Positions 35,184-46,336 of a stretch of 64,000 bases of DNA are shown here, in pieces. The DNA comes from an uncultured Methanoregulaceae archaeon (GTDB lineage: Archaea; Halobacteriota; Methanomicrobia; Methanomicrobiales; Methanospirillaceae): the NCBI GenBank assembly GCA_963705255.1, contig OY970061.1:1600001-1664000 (forward strand), in the 5' to 3' direction. A program made the translations under genes and the position numbers. How positions within the stretch are numbered: the first letter of the stretch is position 1; each line of letters begins with the position of its first letter. The notes below the pieces were generated by a model. The model did not search any database. It was not told where the DNA came from and saw only the letters and a program-made list of their open reading frames with translations.

Positions 35184-36629
35184 TTATTCTTCCCGGATTT
35201 TTACCGGTCCCCCGCCGCTGCATAAGAACTGCACAGTATCATCAGTGACCTGGTAACTTAACAACAATCCATCTGTCGAATTGAATACTAACCTCACCCC
35301 ATAGTCTGATTCAAGTGCCCGGTCACCTTTAAAAATAAACAGATTATTGTAATTGTAAGAGTTATATGGGGTCAGATTCAGGTGCCTCTGATCGAAATGA
35401 TAATATCGGTCCTTTGTAAAGTTCGTGACGGTTGAGATTGTGGATTCTGAGGGAGACCTTTTTTCAAGGGAAAAATTCCCTATACCCGCATTCGAGCAGG
35501 ATGGATCTAATGAAGCAGATATTATCGTGCCAGTGAAGGCATCCACCTTGAAATTACATTTCAGTGTCGAAAATTCATAGTGATTCCAGAAATACGAACT
35601 GCCACCGCATCCACCACTCCCATGCTCAAAAAATTTTCCTTCGAATGAAGGGTTGATGCCCGGGTTTTCCGTAAATTTTTTAATTGCTTCCAGTGCTTTT
35701 TCTTTTCCCACCGGGCCCGATGTTCCAAGCCACATCCTCACAGGGAAAGTGAGATCCGGCTGAAGTGAAGTATTTCGCATCTCCGTGAAGTTTGTTCGAT
35801 TATCAAACGGGTCCCGGAAGTAATAATCCCATTCAGAGGGTTCAGACCCTGCCGGGACATACAATGTCAGAGACCTGCCTCGGATTTCATCGGTCGCATT
35901 CATAATCCAGACAGGTACAAGGTACTGCGGGACAGTGCTGTTCACCGGAGTATAGTAGCCCAATTGCATATCGTAAATAGTGAGGTTGAATACAAGATCC
36001 GGGGTATCTCTTCCCTGCCCGTTTTCAAGTCTTTTTATCGCTTCCGATGCTGGGACGACCCGGGTCATCCCTGTTTCTTCAAGCGTTAACCAGTGTTTGT
36101 TAAGATTACTCAAAGCCCCTCTTGCACCTAATTCAATACCCATACTCCCGGCATTTCCATAAACCGGCATTTCATGCAGTTCCTGACGGTAGTAAATCCG
36201 GCGGGTTCCAACCCCCGACTTCCCCGAATTGATTCCACTTACCGTAACCCACTCAGAGCTTGTAATAATGGAAGTAATTACTGCATCTTTTGGCATCCCC
36301 CCGTAGGGCTCAAGAGCAATTTCCGCATAGTGATTACATTCTTCCGGGGAAGGGGCAGATTCCCCAAGCGTCACGGCAAGGTCGTACGCCGTATCATTAC
36401 TATATTTTATACTACTGTATGTCCCGTTTACAATTTTGAACAGGGGCACACAAGGATCGAGCAGCTTGCCGGAACTGTCCAGCCGACAGTTCTGGTTTTC
36501 CCGTGCTTGAGAATCCCCTGAATGTATTCCTGAGAGTAAAAGAAAACCGACTGCTCCGGCGATAATTATCGCGATTACTGCCAGCATAAAAAGAACAGAT
36601 TTACGAATCTGTCTACGGTCATCAATCAT
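35184..36629 (-). CDS. AT-rich membrane-anchored extracellular protein
   Basis: N-terminal TM, LGYY..YLVPVWI and VDAFTG (PepSY/YycI-like) segments. Confidence 0.75.
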   Translation of the reverse strand: MIDDRRQIRKSVLFMLAVIAIIIAGAVGFLLLSGIHSGDSQARENQNCRLDSSGKLLDPCVPLFKIVNGTYSSIKYSNDTAYDLAVTLGESAPSPEECNHYAEIALEPYGGMPKDAVITSIITSSEWVTVSGINSGKSGVGTRRIYYRQELHEMPVYGNAGSMGIELGARGALSNLNKHWLTLEETGMTRVVPASEAIKRLENGQGRDTPDLVFNLTIYDMQLGYYTPVNSTVPQYLVPVWIMNATDEIRGRSLTLYVPAGSEPSEWDYYFRDPFDNRTNFTEMRNTSLQPDLTFPVRMWLGTSGPVGKEKALEAIKKFTENPGINPSFEGKFFEHGSGGCGGSSYFWNHYEFSTLKCNFKVDAFTGTIISASLDPSCSNAGIGNFSLEKRSPSESTISTVTNFTKDRYYHFDQRHLNLTPYNSYNYNNLFIFKGDRALESDYGVRLVFNSTDGLLLSYQVTDDTVQFLCSGGGPVKIREE

Positions 36630-36857
36630 GGAATAATCAACTCAAGAAAAGGCATTTCACGATTCCGAAATTTTTGCATGTTAAGGAAGTATAATATTTT
36701 GTTCTATATAAAAAAATATTCATTTTGATATTAAGAAAAGGAATTTCAGCAATTTTTCGCCAAACAGAAGGGATCCACATCCCTTGATTGTCGCAGTATC
36801 TTTTTCAATTCTTCGAACGGTTCGATCTACAATTCCGTAATTAAATAAATGGCTTAT

Positions 36858-37787
36858 TTATTCCGCAGCAGACCCGTGGTTGGATTCCCCTTCCACCCGG
36901 CATATCTGCACAAAGATATCCCCGAAGAACTCCTCCTGCCGCAGCGAGCACCGCCCGTCCAGTGCGAGGAACAGGAGCGGGATGTAGACTTCGGGAATGC
37001 CCCACTCCATCTGCCGGCACAACTCCGCGAGGGTCATCTCCTCGTCGATCTCCAGCCCTTCGAGATATTCCGCGAGCCGCACCATGGACGACTCCTGGAA
37101 CCCTTCTTCGTGAGCGATGCTGACGACATCGTCCGCATCGATCAGGAACGCCTCGGAGGGGTCAGCGGTCATTCTTCGTCGCCGGCGTTCTTCCTTCTCG
37201 ATATTTTTCAGCTCGGTGATCAGCTCGAAGAGCGTGATCGGGCTCTTGCGCATGTTCTTCCGGTCGAGGCGGCGCTGGATCTCGTGCTCGAGCCGCTCGA
37301 TAGGACCGAGCCTGCCGCCATAATCCATATCCTCCGACAGGCCGCCCCCGAAGTCGTCGCCGAACAGATCGTCCCCGTCGCTGTCACCCTCGTCTTCAGG
37401 AACTTCCACGACCACGAGCTGCTCGGATTTCAGCCGGACGAGGGTTGCGGCATAGAAGAGGGTCCGTCCCGAGAGCTCCAGGTTGAGCTGACGCCGCCGC
37501 TCCAGCTCGCTGAGGAAGCGGTCCGTGACCTCGATGATATCGATGTTCCACGGATCGATCTCGCCCCGCTCCGCAAGGCCGACGAGGATCTCGACCGGGT
37601 CCTCGACAATCCCTTCGGTCCGGGGGAGATCCGCAGTGCTCCCGCCCGCCGGGACCGCCCCGTCTGTCGGGCCGTGCTCCGGTTGAGGGGGAGCAGCCGG
37701 CGTACCCTGCTCCGCGTTTTCTGCATCACCGGCATGGAGATTCGGGTTGCCCCCCCTCCCCGCTGCCGGAGGTTCATCAGCCGGCAT
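36858..37787 (-). CDS. scpA: Kleisin ScpA
   Basis: GEIDPWNIDI, SGRTLFYAATLVRLKSE, LLFL..LRQEEFFGDI. Confidence 0.92.
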   Translation of the reverse strand: MPADEPPAAGRGGNPNLHAGDAENAEQGTPAAPPQPEHGPTDGAVPAGGSTADLPRTEGIVEDPVEILVGLAERGEIDPWNIDIIEVTDRFLSELERRRQLNLELSGRTLFYAATLVRLKSEQLVVVEVPEDEGDSDGDDLFGDDFGGGLSEDMDYGGRLGPIERLEHEIQRRLDRKNMRKSPITLFELITELKNIEKEERRRRRMTADPSEAFLIDADDVVSIAHEEGFQESSMVRLAEYLEGLEIDEEMTLAELCRQMEWGIPEVYIPLLFLALDGRCSLRQEEFFGDIFVQICRVEGESNHGSAAE

Positions 37788-40700
37788 TCGCCTTTACCCC
37801 GGTAACGAGCGTGCTCTTGTCGGACCGCAGGGTGACCCCCATGATCCGCTGTGCTGCCCCGATCATCGGCTTGCGCAGGGAGACGATGACGAACTGGGAA
37901 CTGGGGGAGAGTTCGGTCACCATCGATGCGATCCGCTCGACATTCGAGCCGTCGAGGGACATGTCCACCTCGTCGAAGGCGTAGAACGGGGCCGGGATAT
38001 AGCGCTGGATCGAGAAGATGAAGGCGAGCGTGGTGAGCGACTTCTCGCCGCCGGAGAGGGAGGAGAGGAGGTGCACCTTCTTGTCCCGTGGCTGGACCGC
38101 AAAGGTCATCCCGCCGGCGAACGGGTCCTCCTCGTTCTCGAGCACGAGGTGCCCGCTCCCGCTCGTGAGCCGGGCGAAGATCTCCCGGAAGTTCGCGTCA
38201 ATAGCACGGAACGCCGTGGTGAACGCCTCGTACTTCATCTGCTCGAACTTCTCGATCCGCTCGATCAGGGTCTCCCGCTCGCTCGAGAGGGTCTCCTTCC
38301 GTTCGGTCCGCTCCGTGACCTGCCGCTGCACCTTCTCGTACTCCTCGATCGCGAGCATGTTCACGGCGCCGATCTTCCGCAGCGCCCCGTCAGCCTCGGC
38401 GATCTTCCCCTCGATCTCCGGGAGCGTAAGGCTCGTGTCCATCTCCCCGACCTGCTGCCTGAGCATCCCGACTTCGATGCCGAGGGTCCGGGCGCGCTCC
38501 TCAATCGCCCCCATCTGGACCGCGATCCGCTCCTTTTCTGCATCGAACTTCATGAGGTTCAGTTCGGAGTTCTGGATATTCTGGGAGACCTCGCCCCGCC
38601 TGGCCCGGAGCTCGTCAAGTTCCCCGGAGAACTCCTTCTGTTTCTCCTCCAGCGCAGCGATCTGCGACCTGTTGGCCGCGATCTGTTCGTTCGAAGCCGC
38701 GATCTCGGCATCGATCCGGTGGTTGCTCCCCTCGTACCGCTCGCGCTCCCCGCCCAGCTCCCCGAGCCGTGCCGAGAAGTGCTGGCGCTCGCGCTGGGCG
38801 TCGTTGATATCCCCGTCCTTGTTCCGCAGGCGGCGTTCCGACTCCTCGATCTCCCGGCGCTTCTTCTCCATCTGCTCGGTCAGCGCCGGGATATCGGTGT
38901 CGTCGAGCCGTTTCTTGATCCCCTCGATCTCCGCGTTGATCCCGTTGATGACCTCCGTGGTCCTGTCGAGCTCCGCCTCGAGAGCCGCAAGCCCGGAGGC
39001 CCCGTTCCTCGTCTCCTCCTGCTGGCGTGCGACTGCCGCATCGATCGTCTGCTTCTCGACCGTTATCGCTTCGAACCGGCGGGAGAACTCCCCGGTGAAC
39101 ATCTCGAAGCGGGCGACCTTCTGGTCGATCTCGTTCCGGGCCGCCCGTTTCGCGTCCACCTCTTCGGTCAGGCGTTTGACCCCCGATTCAATCGCCGATG
39201 CTTCCCCCTGCAGTTCCGCGAGGTGCGCCCGGATGCGGTGGATCTCGTCGTCAACCGCGGCACCGAACCCCCGCCCGCCCTGTTTCTTTGTCGCCCCGCC
39301 GGTCATGGCACCGCTCTTCTCAAGGAGTTCGCCTTCCAGCGTCACCATCCGGTACCGGCCGATCAGCTTCCGTGCCCGCTCCAGCGTGTCGACAATAACC
39401 GTTGCACCGAGGACAACCCCGAACGCCCGGTCGTACTTCGGGTCGTACTCGAGCAGGTTCACGGCATAGTCGACGATACCCGGCTCCTTGACGGGGGGCA
39501 GGGCCGGGGCCTGAGCTTGTTTAACGGGAGGAACGTGACCCTGCCCAGCCGCTCCTCCTTGAGGTAGCGGATCGCGTCTGCCGCGATCTGGTCGTCGTCG
39601 CAGACCACGAACTGAAGCTTGTTGCCAGCGGCGATATTGAGCGCGGTCGAGTATTCCGCCGGGGCCTTCCCCAGCTCGGCGATGGTGCCGTGCACCCCAT
39701 CCATGGCCGCAACCGCCTCGATCGCCCTGCCCCCGGACTCGCCCCGGGCCTGCTGGGCGGCCTCGAGCCGGATCGCGTCCTGTTCGTTCTCGCGGATCTC
39801 CGAGCGGAGGCGCTCGAGGGTCGTGCGCTGGGCAAAGAGGGAACCCTCCAGTTCCGAGAGGTTCCGGTCCAGCTCCTTCTTCTCGTCCAGCAGCCCGGCG
39901 ACGCTCGTCTCGCTGTCCCGGAGCTGCAACTGTTTTGCCGTGTATTCCTCGTCCAGCTGCCGGAGCAGGGCGGTGAGGCGTTCGAGCTCGGTCGTGCGCA
40001 TCCGGCTCTTCTCGATCAGCATGTCCTGCTGGTGGAGGATGCCCGAGCGCTGCCCCTTCTTCTCCTCTGCCTCTTTGAGGAGGGAGAAGAGCTTCTCGCG
40101 GGCTCCCTCGGTGTCCTCGCTGTGCTGCCTGAGCCCGGTCTCGATCTTTTCGAGCTGGGCCCGGGACGTGGCGACCTCCATCGCGATATTGGTCCGGTCG
40201 ATGGTCAGCGTGCGGATCTGGTCGGTGCACTCGGCCACCCGGGCCTCCGCACGCTTGGTGTCCATGTACACCCGGTTGATGGCCTCGAGGTTCCCTTCCT
40301 TCTCCCTCCGCAGGCGCACGATGGTCTGCTCGGCGAGCTTGATCCCGCTCTTGGCTTCCTCGAGTTCCGCGATCAGCTTGAGATAGTCCGAACCGCTCTT
40401 TTTATTGATGAGCTCGTCGATGTCCTTCAGGTCGGCCTTCACATAGGAGAGCTCGTTCTCCTCGAGGCCGCGGTCGGATGCGATGCGGGCGAGCTGGATC
40501 CTGTGCTCCTCGGCAGACTGGGTGAGGGTCCTGAGCTCCTTCTCCCGGTCATGGAGCTGGGCCGCGGAGCGGCAGTTCTGGAAATGGGAGAGCTCCTTCT
40601 GCCATTTCTGGTATTCGAGGGCATGTTCCCGTTCCCGCTTCAGCTCGTTCGCCCGCCGGGACAACTCGATAAGCAAAAGCTCTTCGCGCTCGATCCGCTC

Positions 40701-41222
40701 ACGCACGATGTCGAGCTCGGCAAGCGACTGCTGCTTCTTGGTATCGAACTCGGATACCCCGGCGATCTCGTCGATGATCTTCCGGCGCTCGAAGTCGCTC
40801 ATCTCCATGATGCGGGTGACGTCGCCCTGCATCACGACATTGTAGCCATGGGGCTTGATCCCGTGTTTTGCGAGGTGATCGACGATATCGCTCTGCTTGC
40901 AGAGCCGCTCGTTGAGATAGTTGTAGCTGTAATACCCGTTCCCGGTCCGCTTGATCCGCCGGCGGATCCTCGTCCCGTCCGAGAACTCGAGCGAGACCTC
41001 GGCGGTGTTCCTGCCGGAGTTCAGGTTGATGAGGTCAGTCAGTTTCTCCGCCCGGAGGTTGCGGGAACTCGACAGCGCAAGGACAAAGAGGATGGAATCG
41101 ATGATGTTGCTTTTGCCCGAACCGTTGGGCCCCGATATGACAGTAAAGCCCTCTAAAAAGGGAATTTTTGTCTTTTTTGAAAAAGACTTGAAATTATCGA
41201 TCTCCAGTCCCGTGATATGCAA
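37777..41222 (-). CDS. smc: Chromosome segregation protein SMC (single frameshift near 39510, probable error)
   Basis: NFKSF, GPNGSGKSN Walker A, Q-loop, hinge GRVTFLPL, LSGGEKS, FDEVD. Confidence 0.93.
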
Positions 41223-41234
41223 AGATCCGGCTCC

Positions 41235-41720
41235 TTACTTCTTTGCAGGATCTGACTTGTCTTCTTCTGCGGCATAGATAAGGTCGCTCTGCTTGGCCTT
41301 GACAGACGTCCCCTTCTTGTTCCGCCCGTAGCCTGCCGATGCGACGATGTAGTTCTTGTCCCCGCGCCGGGGCTCCAGCTTCATGGTGCCGTCCGACTGC
41401 ATGATCATGTCCATCGCGGGTTCAGCCGGTTCCGCGGGGACCTCGGGCTGGCGTGCACTCTTGGGACGGATCACCGTGCTCCCGCTTGCGGACGGGCCTG
41501 CCGGAGGTGCAGCCGGGGATCCGGGCTGTGCGCCCTGGACAATCGGCCCGCGCCTGAGCTCCTGCCTGCTGCGCTCTTCGGTCTGCTTGGACAACTTCAT
41601 GGCTATGGACTTGAGGTCGAGCAGCTCCTGGGTCAGCCCCTTGACAAGCGCTTCCATCTCACGTACCTTCTTCTCGAGGGCTGCAATGCGGTCCTCGCTC
41701 CCTCCTAAACTTTCCAACAT
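41235..41720 (-). CDS. Coiled-coil hypothetical protein leading the smc operon
   Basis: DRIAALEKKVREMEALVKGLTQELLDLKS heptads, Pro/Ala linker, MIMQSDGTMKLE; 12 bp from smc start. Confidence 0.82.
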   Translation of the reverse strand: MLESLGGSEDRIAALEKKVREMEALVKGLTQELLDLKSIAMKLSKQTEERSRQELRRGPIVQGAQPGSPAAPPAGPSASGSTVIRPKSARQPEVPAEPAEPAMDMIMQSDGTMKLEPRRGDKNYIVASAGYGRNKKGTSVKAKQSDLIYAAEEDKSDPAKK

Positions 41721-41866
41721 CGTAATCAGTCTCTCCTCTCCAAAGTTCGTGCTCACGACTTCACGTGATCTTTGCATCAGGCCGCACCCGGTTCCGGTTT
41801 TTACCGCCCCGGTGCGGCTTACTCCTTACTATTAATAGTAATGATCGCCTGATAAGGAAAAAAGGT

Positions 41867-41987
41867 TTCTGATGGGAGTGGTTCATCAGAACCACGAGCA
41901 CGAGAAGAATTGCGCAGCAATTCTTCGCTGTCCCGAGAGTCCGTCAGGACTCAAGGGAAGTGGGGAGATCGGGCTCAGAACCACGAG
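41867..41987 (+). repeat. Three-hairpin cassette with 13-bp direct repeats
   Basis: GAAGAATTGC-GCA-GCAATTCTTC (41904-41926), GAGTCC-GTCA-GGACTC (41937-41952); TCAGAACCACGAG at 41886 and 41975. Confidence 0.75.
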
Positions 41988-42066
41988 GGGGTTTTCATGG
42001 GTCATATCGTCCTTCACTACCATCCCTAGAAAAGGTATTACCTGATCGGAACGAACCCTTCTCCAT

Positions 42067-43305
42067 ATGTCGTATCTGTCCAAAACGGATCCGGAAATAG
42101 CAGATATCATCGAGAAAGAGAGGCTCCGGCAGGTCAACGGCCTCGAGCTGATCGCTTCCGAGAACGTCGTCTCCCATGCAGTGCTCGAAGCCATGGGATC
42201 GATCATGACCAACAAATATGCCGAGGGTTACCCGGGCAAACGCTATTATGGCGGCTGCGAGTTCCACGATATGGCAGAGAACCTCGCCCGCGACCGGCTC
42301 AAGAAACTGTTCGGCGCAGAGCACGCAAACGTCCAGCCGCACTCGGGCACCCAGGCGAACATGGCGGTCTATTTTGCGTTCATGAACCTGGGAGACACCC
42401 TGATGAGCATGAAGCTCACGCAGGGCGGCCACCTCTCGCACGGCTCACCGGTCAGCTTTACGGGCAAGTTTTACAAGGTAGCCCAGTACAGCCTCGACCC
42501 GGAGACCGAGATGCTCGACTACGGCGCAATTGAAGAGATGGCGCGCAGGGAGAAGCCGAAGATGCTCGTCTGCGGTGCGTCCGCATACCCGAGGACCATC
42601 GATTTCAGGGCGTTCCAGGAGATTGCAGACGGCGTCGGGGCATACTGCATGGCAGACATCGCCCACATCGCCGGGCTCTGCGCGACGGGCGTCCACCCCA
42701 CCTCAGTCGGGGTCGTCAATTTCACCACCACTACGACCCACAAGACCCTCCGCGGCCCCCGCGGCGGCGCGATCATGTGCAACAGCGAGTATGCACCGGC
42801 GATCGACAAGGCGGTCTTCCCGGGCATGCAGGGCGGCCCGCTCATGCACACAATAACGGCAAAGGCGGTCTGTTTTGAGGAAGCTCTGAGGCCCTCGTTC
42901 ACGGAATACAATAAGCAGATCGTCAAGAATGCAAAGGTCCTCGCCGAAACCCTCCTGGCAAACGGCCTCCGCCTCGTCTCCGGCGGCACCGACAACCACC
43001 TCATGCTCCTCGACCTGACGGCCCAGGGCATCACCGGCCTGGAAGCCGAGACTGCGCTCGGCAGGGCCGGCATAACCGTGAACAAGAACACGATCCCGAA
43101 CGAGACCAAGAGCCCGTTTGTCACGAGCGACCTCCGAGTCGGGACCCCGGCGGTCACCTCGCGGGGGATGAAAGAGGCCGAGATGCGCCTGATAGGCACC
43201 TGGATCGCCTCGGTGGTAAAGGACATCCACAACGAGGCTGCCATCAAGGACATCCATGCCAGGGTCAGGGCACTTGCGGGCCGGTTCCCGCTCTATCCGG
43301 AATAA
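42067..43305 (+). CDS. glyA: Serine hydroxymethyltransferase (bacterial/folate type)
   Basis: [43 protein letters not shown]. Confidence 0.97.
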   Translation: MSYLSKTDPEIADIIEKERLRQVNGLELIASENVVSHAVLEAMGSIMTNKYAEGYPGKRYYGGCEFHDMAENLARDRLKKLFGAEHANVQPHSGTQANMAVYFAFMNLGDTLMSMKLTQGGHLSHGSPVSFTGKFYKVAQYSLDPETEMLDYGAIEEMARREKPKMLVCGASAYPRTIDFRAFQEIADGVGAYCMADIAHIAGLCATGVHPTSVGVVNFTTTTTHKTLRGPRGGAIMCNSEYAPAIDKAVFPGMQGGPLMHTITAKAVCFEEALRPSFTEYNKQIVKNAKVLAETLLANGLRLVSGGTDNHLMLLDLTAQGITGLEAETALGRAGITVNKNTIPNETKSPFVTSDLRVGTPAVTSRGMKEAEMRLIGTWIASVVKDIHNEAAIKDIHARVRALAGRFPLYPE

Positions 43306-43324
43306 GGAGTAAGAGGAATTCCCG

Positions 43325-44173
43325 ATGGCCACGATCCTTGACGGCAAAAAGACTGCGGACCGGAAGCTTGCGGTCCTGAGGGAGAAGATCGAGGACTCCG
43401 GCCTCTCCCCCCACCTCGCCACGGTCATCGCCGGCACCGACCCGGCCTCCCAGATGTACGTGCGGATGAAGCACAAGGCCTGCGAGCAGGTCGGCATCAC
43501 GTCGGTGGGGATCACGCTTCCTGAAAACGCACCTACCAGGACTGTCGTGAATACGGTGCTGGAGCTGAACCGGGACGCGGACATCGACGGGATCCTCATC
43601 CAGCTGCCGCTTCCGGGCCAGGTGGATTCCGAACGGGTGATTGCCGCAGTCCACCCCGGGAAAGACGTGGACGGGTTCCACCCGGAGAACCTCGGGCTCC
43701 TCTTTTCCGGGAGACCGAGGTTCACCCCCTGCACGCCCACGGGGATCATGACCCTCCTCACAGAGTACAACATCCCGGTCGCGGGTTCCCGGGCTGTTGT
43801 CGTAGGCCGGAGCATCGACGTCGGGCGGCCGATGTCGGCCCTGCTCACCAATGCCGATGCGACCGTGACCGTCTGCCACAGCAAAACCAGAAACCTTGAG
43901 GAAGAGATCGGGCGGGCTGATATCCTCGTCTCTGCGATCGGCAAAGCGCATTTCATCACTCCCGCAATGGTCAGGCCCGGGGCGGTCGTGGTCGATGTGG
44001 GTATCAACCACTTGGACGGTAAGCTGGTCGGTGACGTGGACTTTGAGGCTGTCAAAGAGATCGCCTCGGCGATCACCCCGGTGCCGGGCGGCGTCGGCCC
44101 CATGACGATCGCCACATTAATGGAGAATACCTGCCGGGCGGCAAAGGAGCGGACATGCGATCGTGCGTTGTGA
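43325..44173 (+). CDS. folD: Methylenetetrahydrofolate dehydrogenase/cyclohydrolase
   Basis: [33 protein letters not shown]. Confidence 0.96.
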   Translation: MATILDGKKTADRKLAVLREKIEDSGLSPHLATVIAGTDPASQMYVRMKHKACEQVGITSVGITLPENAPTRTVVNTVLELNRDADIDGILIQLPLPGQVDSERVIAAVHPGKDVDGFHPENLGLLFSGRPRFTPCTPTGIMTLLTEYNIPVAGSRAVVVGRSIDVGRPMSALLTNADATVTVCHSKTRNLEEEIGRADILVSAIGKAHFITPAMVRPGAVVVDVGINHLDGKLVGDVDFEAVKEIASAITPVPGGVGPMTIATLMENTCRAAKERTCDRAL

Positions 44174-44967
44174 ACAAACTCATCATCGGGGGCGACGCGC
44201 CGCCACGGGTCATGGGCGTCATCAACTGCAGCCCGGAGTCCTTCTACCACGACTCGTTCATCCCGACAGCCGAGATCCATGCAAAAGCGGTCGAGATGGT
44301 GGAGGCAGGAGCGGATCTCCTCGATGTCGGGGCCCGGAGCACCGCCCCCAATGCCCAGGCGATCAGCGGTGCCGAGGAGGCGAGCCGGATCGATGCGGCC
44401 CTGAAGGAACTGGACGGAACCGGGTTCACGATCTCTGTTGACACCATGAACCCATGGGTGCTGGACGCATGCCTGAAGCACGAGATCCACGCGGTGAACG
44501 ACATAGCGGGTTTCTCTTCGGAAGCCTATGTCCGGCGCGTAGCGGACGCAGGACTGCCGGCCTTCGTGATGGCTGCAGACTACACGCCGGGCGATGCTGT
44601 CGGCCCCGATGCCACGGAGAAGACACTCGGGACCGTCGTCGCCCGGTGCGAGACCGCAGGGATCGACAACTACGTGCTCGACCCGGGTATCGGGATCTGG
44701 ACGCCATTCCGCTCTTATGACGACAACTGGGAACTCTGCCGGCACTTCGACCGTTTTACAAAATTCGACCGCCCGCTCCTTGCCGCAGTCTCCCGCAAGA
44801 GCTTCATCGGCAATCTCGTGAACCGGGAGCCCGAGGAGCGGCTCGCAGGCAGTCTCGCGGTCACCATCTTCCTTCTCCAGAAAGGCGCCGCCATCGTGCG
44901 GGCTCATGACGTGAAGGAGACCGTGGATGCCGTCAGGGTCTACAACCGGATGGTGAAGATGCCGTGA
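44155..44967 (+). CDS. folP: Dihydropteroate synthase
   Basis: [45 protein letters not shown]. Confidence 0.92.
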   Translation: MRSCVVNKLIIGGDAPPRVMGVINCSPESFYHDSFIPTAEIHAKAVEMVEAGADLLDVGARSTAPNAQAISGAEEASRIDAALKELDGTGFTISVDTMNPWVLDACLKHEIHAVNDIAGFSSEAYVRRVADAGLPAFVMAADYTPGDAVGPDATEKTLGTVVARCETAGIDNYVLDPGIGIWTPFRSYDDNWELCRHFDRFTKFDRPLLAAVSRKSFIGNLVNREPEERLAGSLAVTIFLLQKGAAIVRAHDVKETVDAVRVYNRMVKMP

Positions 44968-45740
44968 ACGCCTCATTTGAGGTGTTCGGGCTTTCCACGG
45001 GGCTCATCCGCAGCGGCGATCCCATTGCAGCACGCGTTCTTGAAGCAGCGGAGCGTGCGTGCGGCGGGTTTGAGGAGGGAGACATCCTCGTCCTTGCCGA
45101 GACAGCCGTTGCGACATCGGAGTCCAATATCATCGACCTCTCGGCAGTCACGCCCTCCGCGCGGGCGAAAGAACTCGGGGAGAAGTACCGCATGGACCCC
45201 CGCACCGTGGAAGTCGTCCTGCGGGAGAGCGATTCGGTTGTCGGGGGCATACCGGGGTTTCTCCTCTGCATGAAGGGAGGGACTCTCCTCCCGAATGCCG
45301 GGGTGGACGCCTCGAACGCCCCGCCCGGGTGCGTGACGCCCCTGCCGGCCGACCCGGACCTGAGTGCTGTCAGGATCCGGGCTGCGATAGAAGAGCAGTG
45401 CGGGGTGCACGTGGGGGTCATCATCGCGGACAGCCGCACCCATGCGATGCGCCTCGGGTGCAGCGGCGTTGCCATAGGATCTGCCGGCATCCCCTCGGTC
45501 ATCGATGACCGGGGCAGGAGCGACCTGTTCGGCCGGAAGCTCGAGGTGACCAAACGGGCGGTCGCGGACAACATCGCGTCCGCCGCCGAACTGGTGATGG
45601 GCGAGGCGGACGAGTGCATGCCGGCAGCAGTCATCCGCGGGATCGGCCTTCCCATCGGCGATTATCTCGGAGTGGAGACCATCGATGCCGATGAGTGCCT
45701 CTTCATGGGCGTGTTCGCCAAGAACCGGGTGCAGGAGTAA
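44964..45740 (+). CDS. CofE-family gamma-glutamyl ligase (F420 or folate glutamylation)
   Basis: PNAGVDASN, LPADPD, IIADS, DLFGRKL, LVMGEADE. Confidence 0.85.
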   Translation: MNASFEVFGLSTGLIRSGDPIAARVLEAAERACGGFEEGDILVLAETAVATSESNIIDLSAVTPSARAKELGEKYRMDPRTVEVVLRESDSVVGGIPGFLLCMKGGTLLPNAGVDASNAPPGCVTPLPADPDLSAVRIRAAIEEQCGVHVGVIIADSRTHAMRLGCSGVAIGSAGIPSVIDDRGRSDLFGRKLEVTKRAVADNIASAAELVMGEADECMPAAVIRGIGLPIGDYLGVETIDADECLFMGVFAKNRVQE

Positions 45741-45869
45741 GGTCTTCTTACGGTTTTGTGGCGCGGGTTCTCCTCAGGGGGATCCAGGATTCCCTGGTTT
45801 TTCTGATTCGCTTGAAACACACATGAAAGGATCGAGTTCCCCCGGAACCTTAAAAATCGTTCAGTTATG

Positions 45870-45975
45870 AGGGCTCCCGCCTCAGGGCCTCTCCGAGGAG
45901 TCAATCGTCGCGTAAGCGAGGATTGACTGGAGAAGAATCCGCAAGGATTCTTCGACTTGCTTCATCCTGTGCGGA
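45870..45975 (+). repeat. Multi-hairpin cassette of the GAAGAAT..ATTCTTCG family
   Basis: AGTCAATC..GTAA..GATTGACT, GAAGAATCC-GCAA-GGATTCTTC (45932-45953), CATCC..GGATG. Confidence 0.75.
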
Positions 45976-46022
45976 TGCAGCAAAGGAAGTTTGAAAAATA
46001 ACTTGCAGAATCTCATGAAAGA

Positions 46023-46083
46023 TAAGGCACGGCGGGGCAAGGAGGTTGGACCGCCGCGGGGGCGCCCCGTCGGGGGCGGCGGC
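46023..46083 (-). repeat. GC-rich REP/MITE-like palindromic element, copy 2
   Basis: Reverse complement matches 12063-12095 (32/33) and 12135-12147 (13/13). Confidence 0.85.
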
Positions 46084-46336
46084 GTTCATCGCAATGATTA
46101 AAAGAGGGCTCATCTCCTGTGATATCTGAATAAGATGATTTTCATTGGAAATCCGATGAACATCAGCCTGAAAGCCGGTTTCGGGTAGCGTGCGGAAGCG
46201 GGGGTGCCATATATCTCCTTCATGCGGATATGAATGCAGGCCCGGATACGGGCCACCCGTCGCGTCGCATAAAGTATAATATCCGGCGTGTGGGTAATTC
46301 TATATCGGCTCGCCATTAAAACTGGAGAATTCTCTT

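Noticed and set aside
37777-41222. Programmed frameshift or naturally split SMC
   Set aside because: One missing C in a C-run beside GGCC restores the hinge; no slippery heptamer; fits the window-wide error pattern
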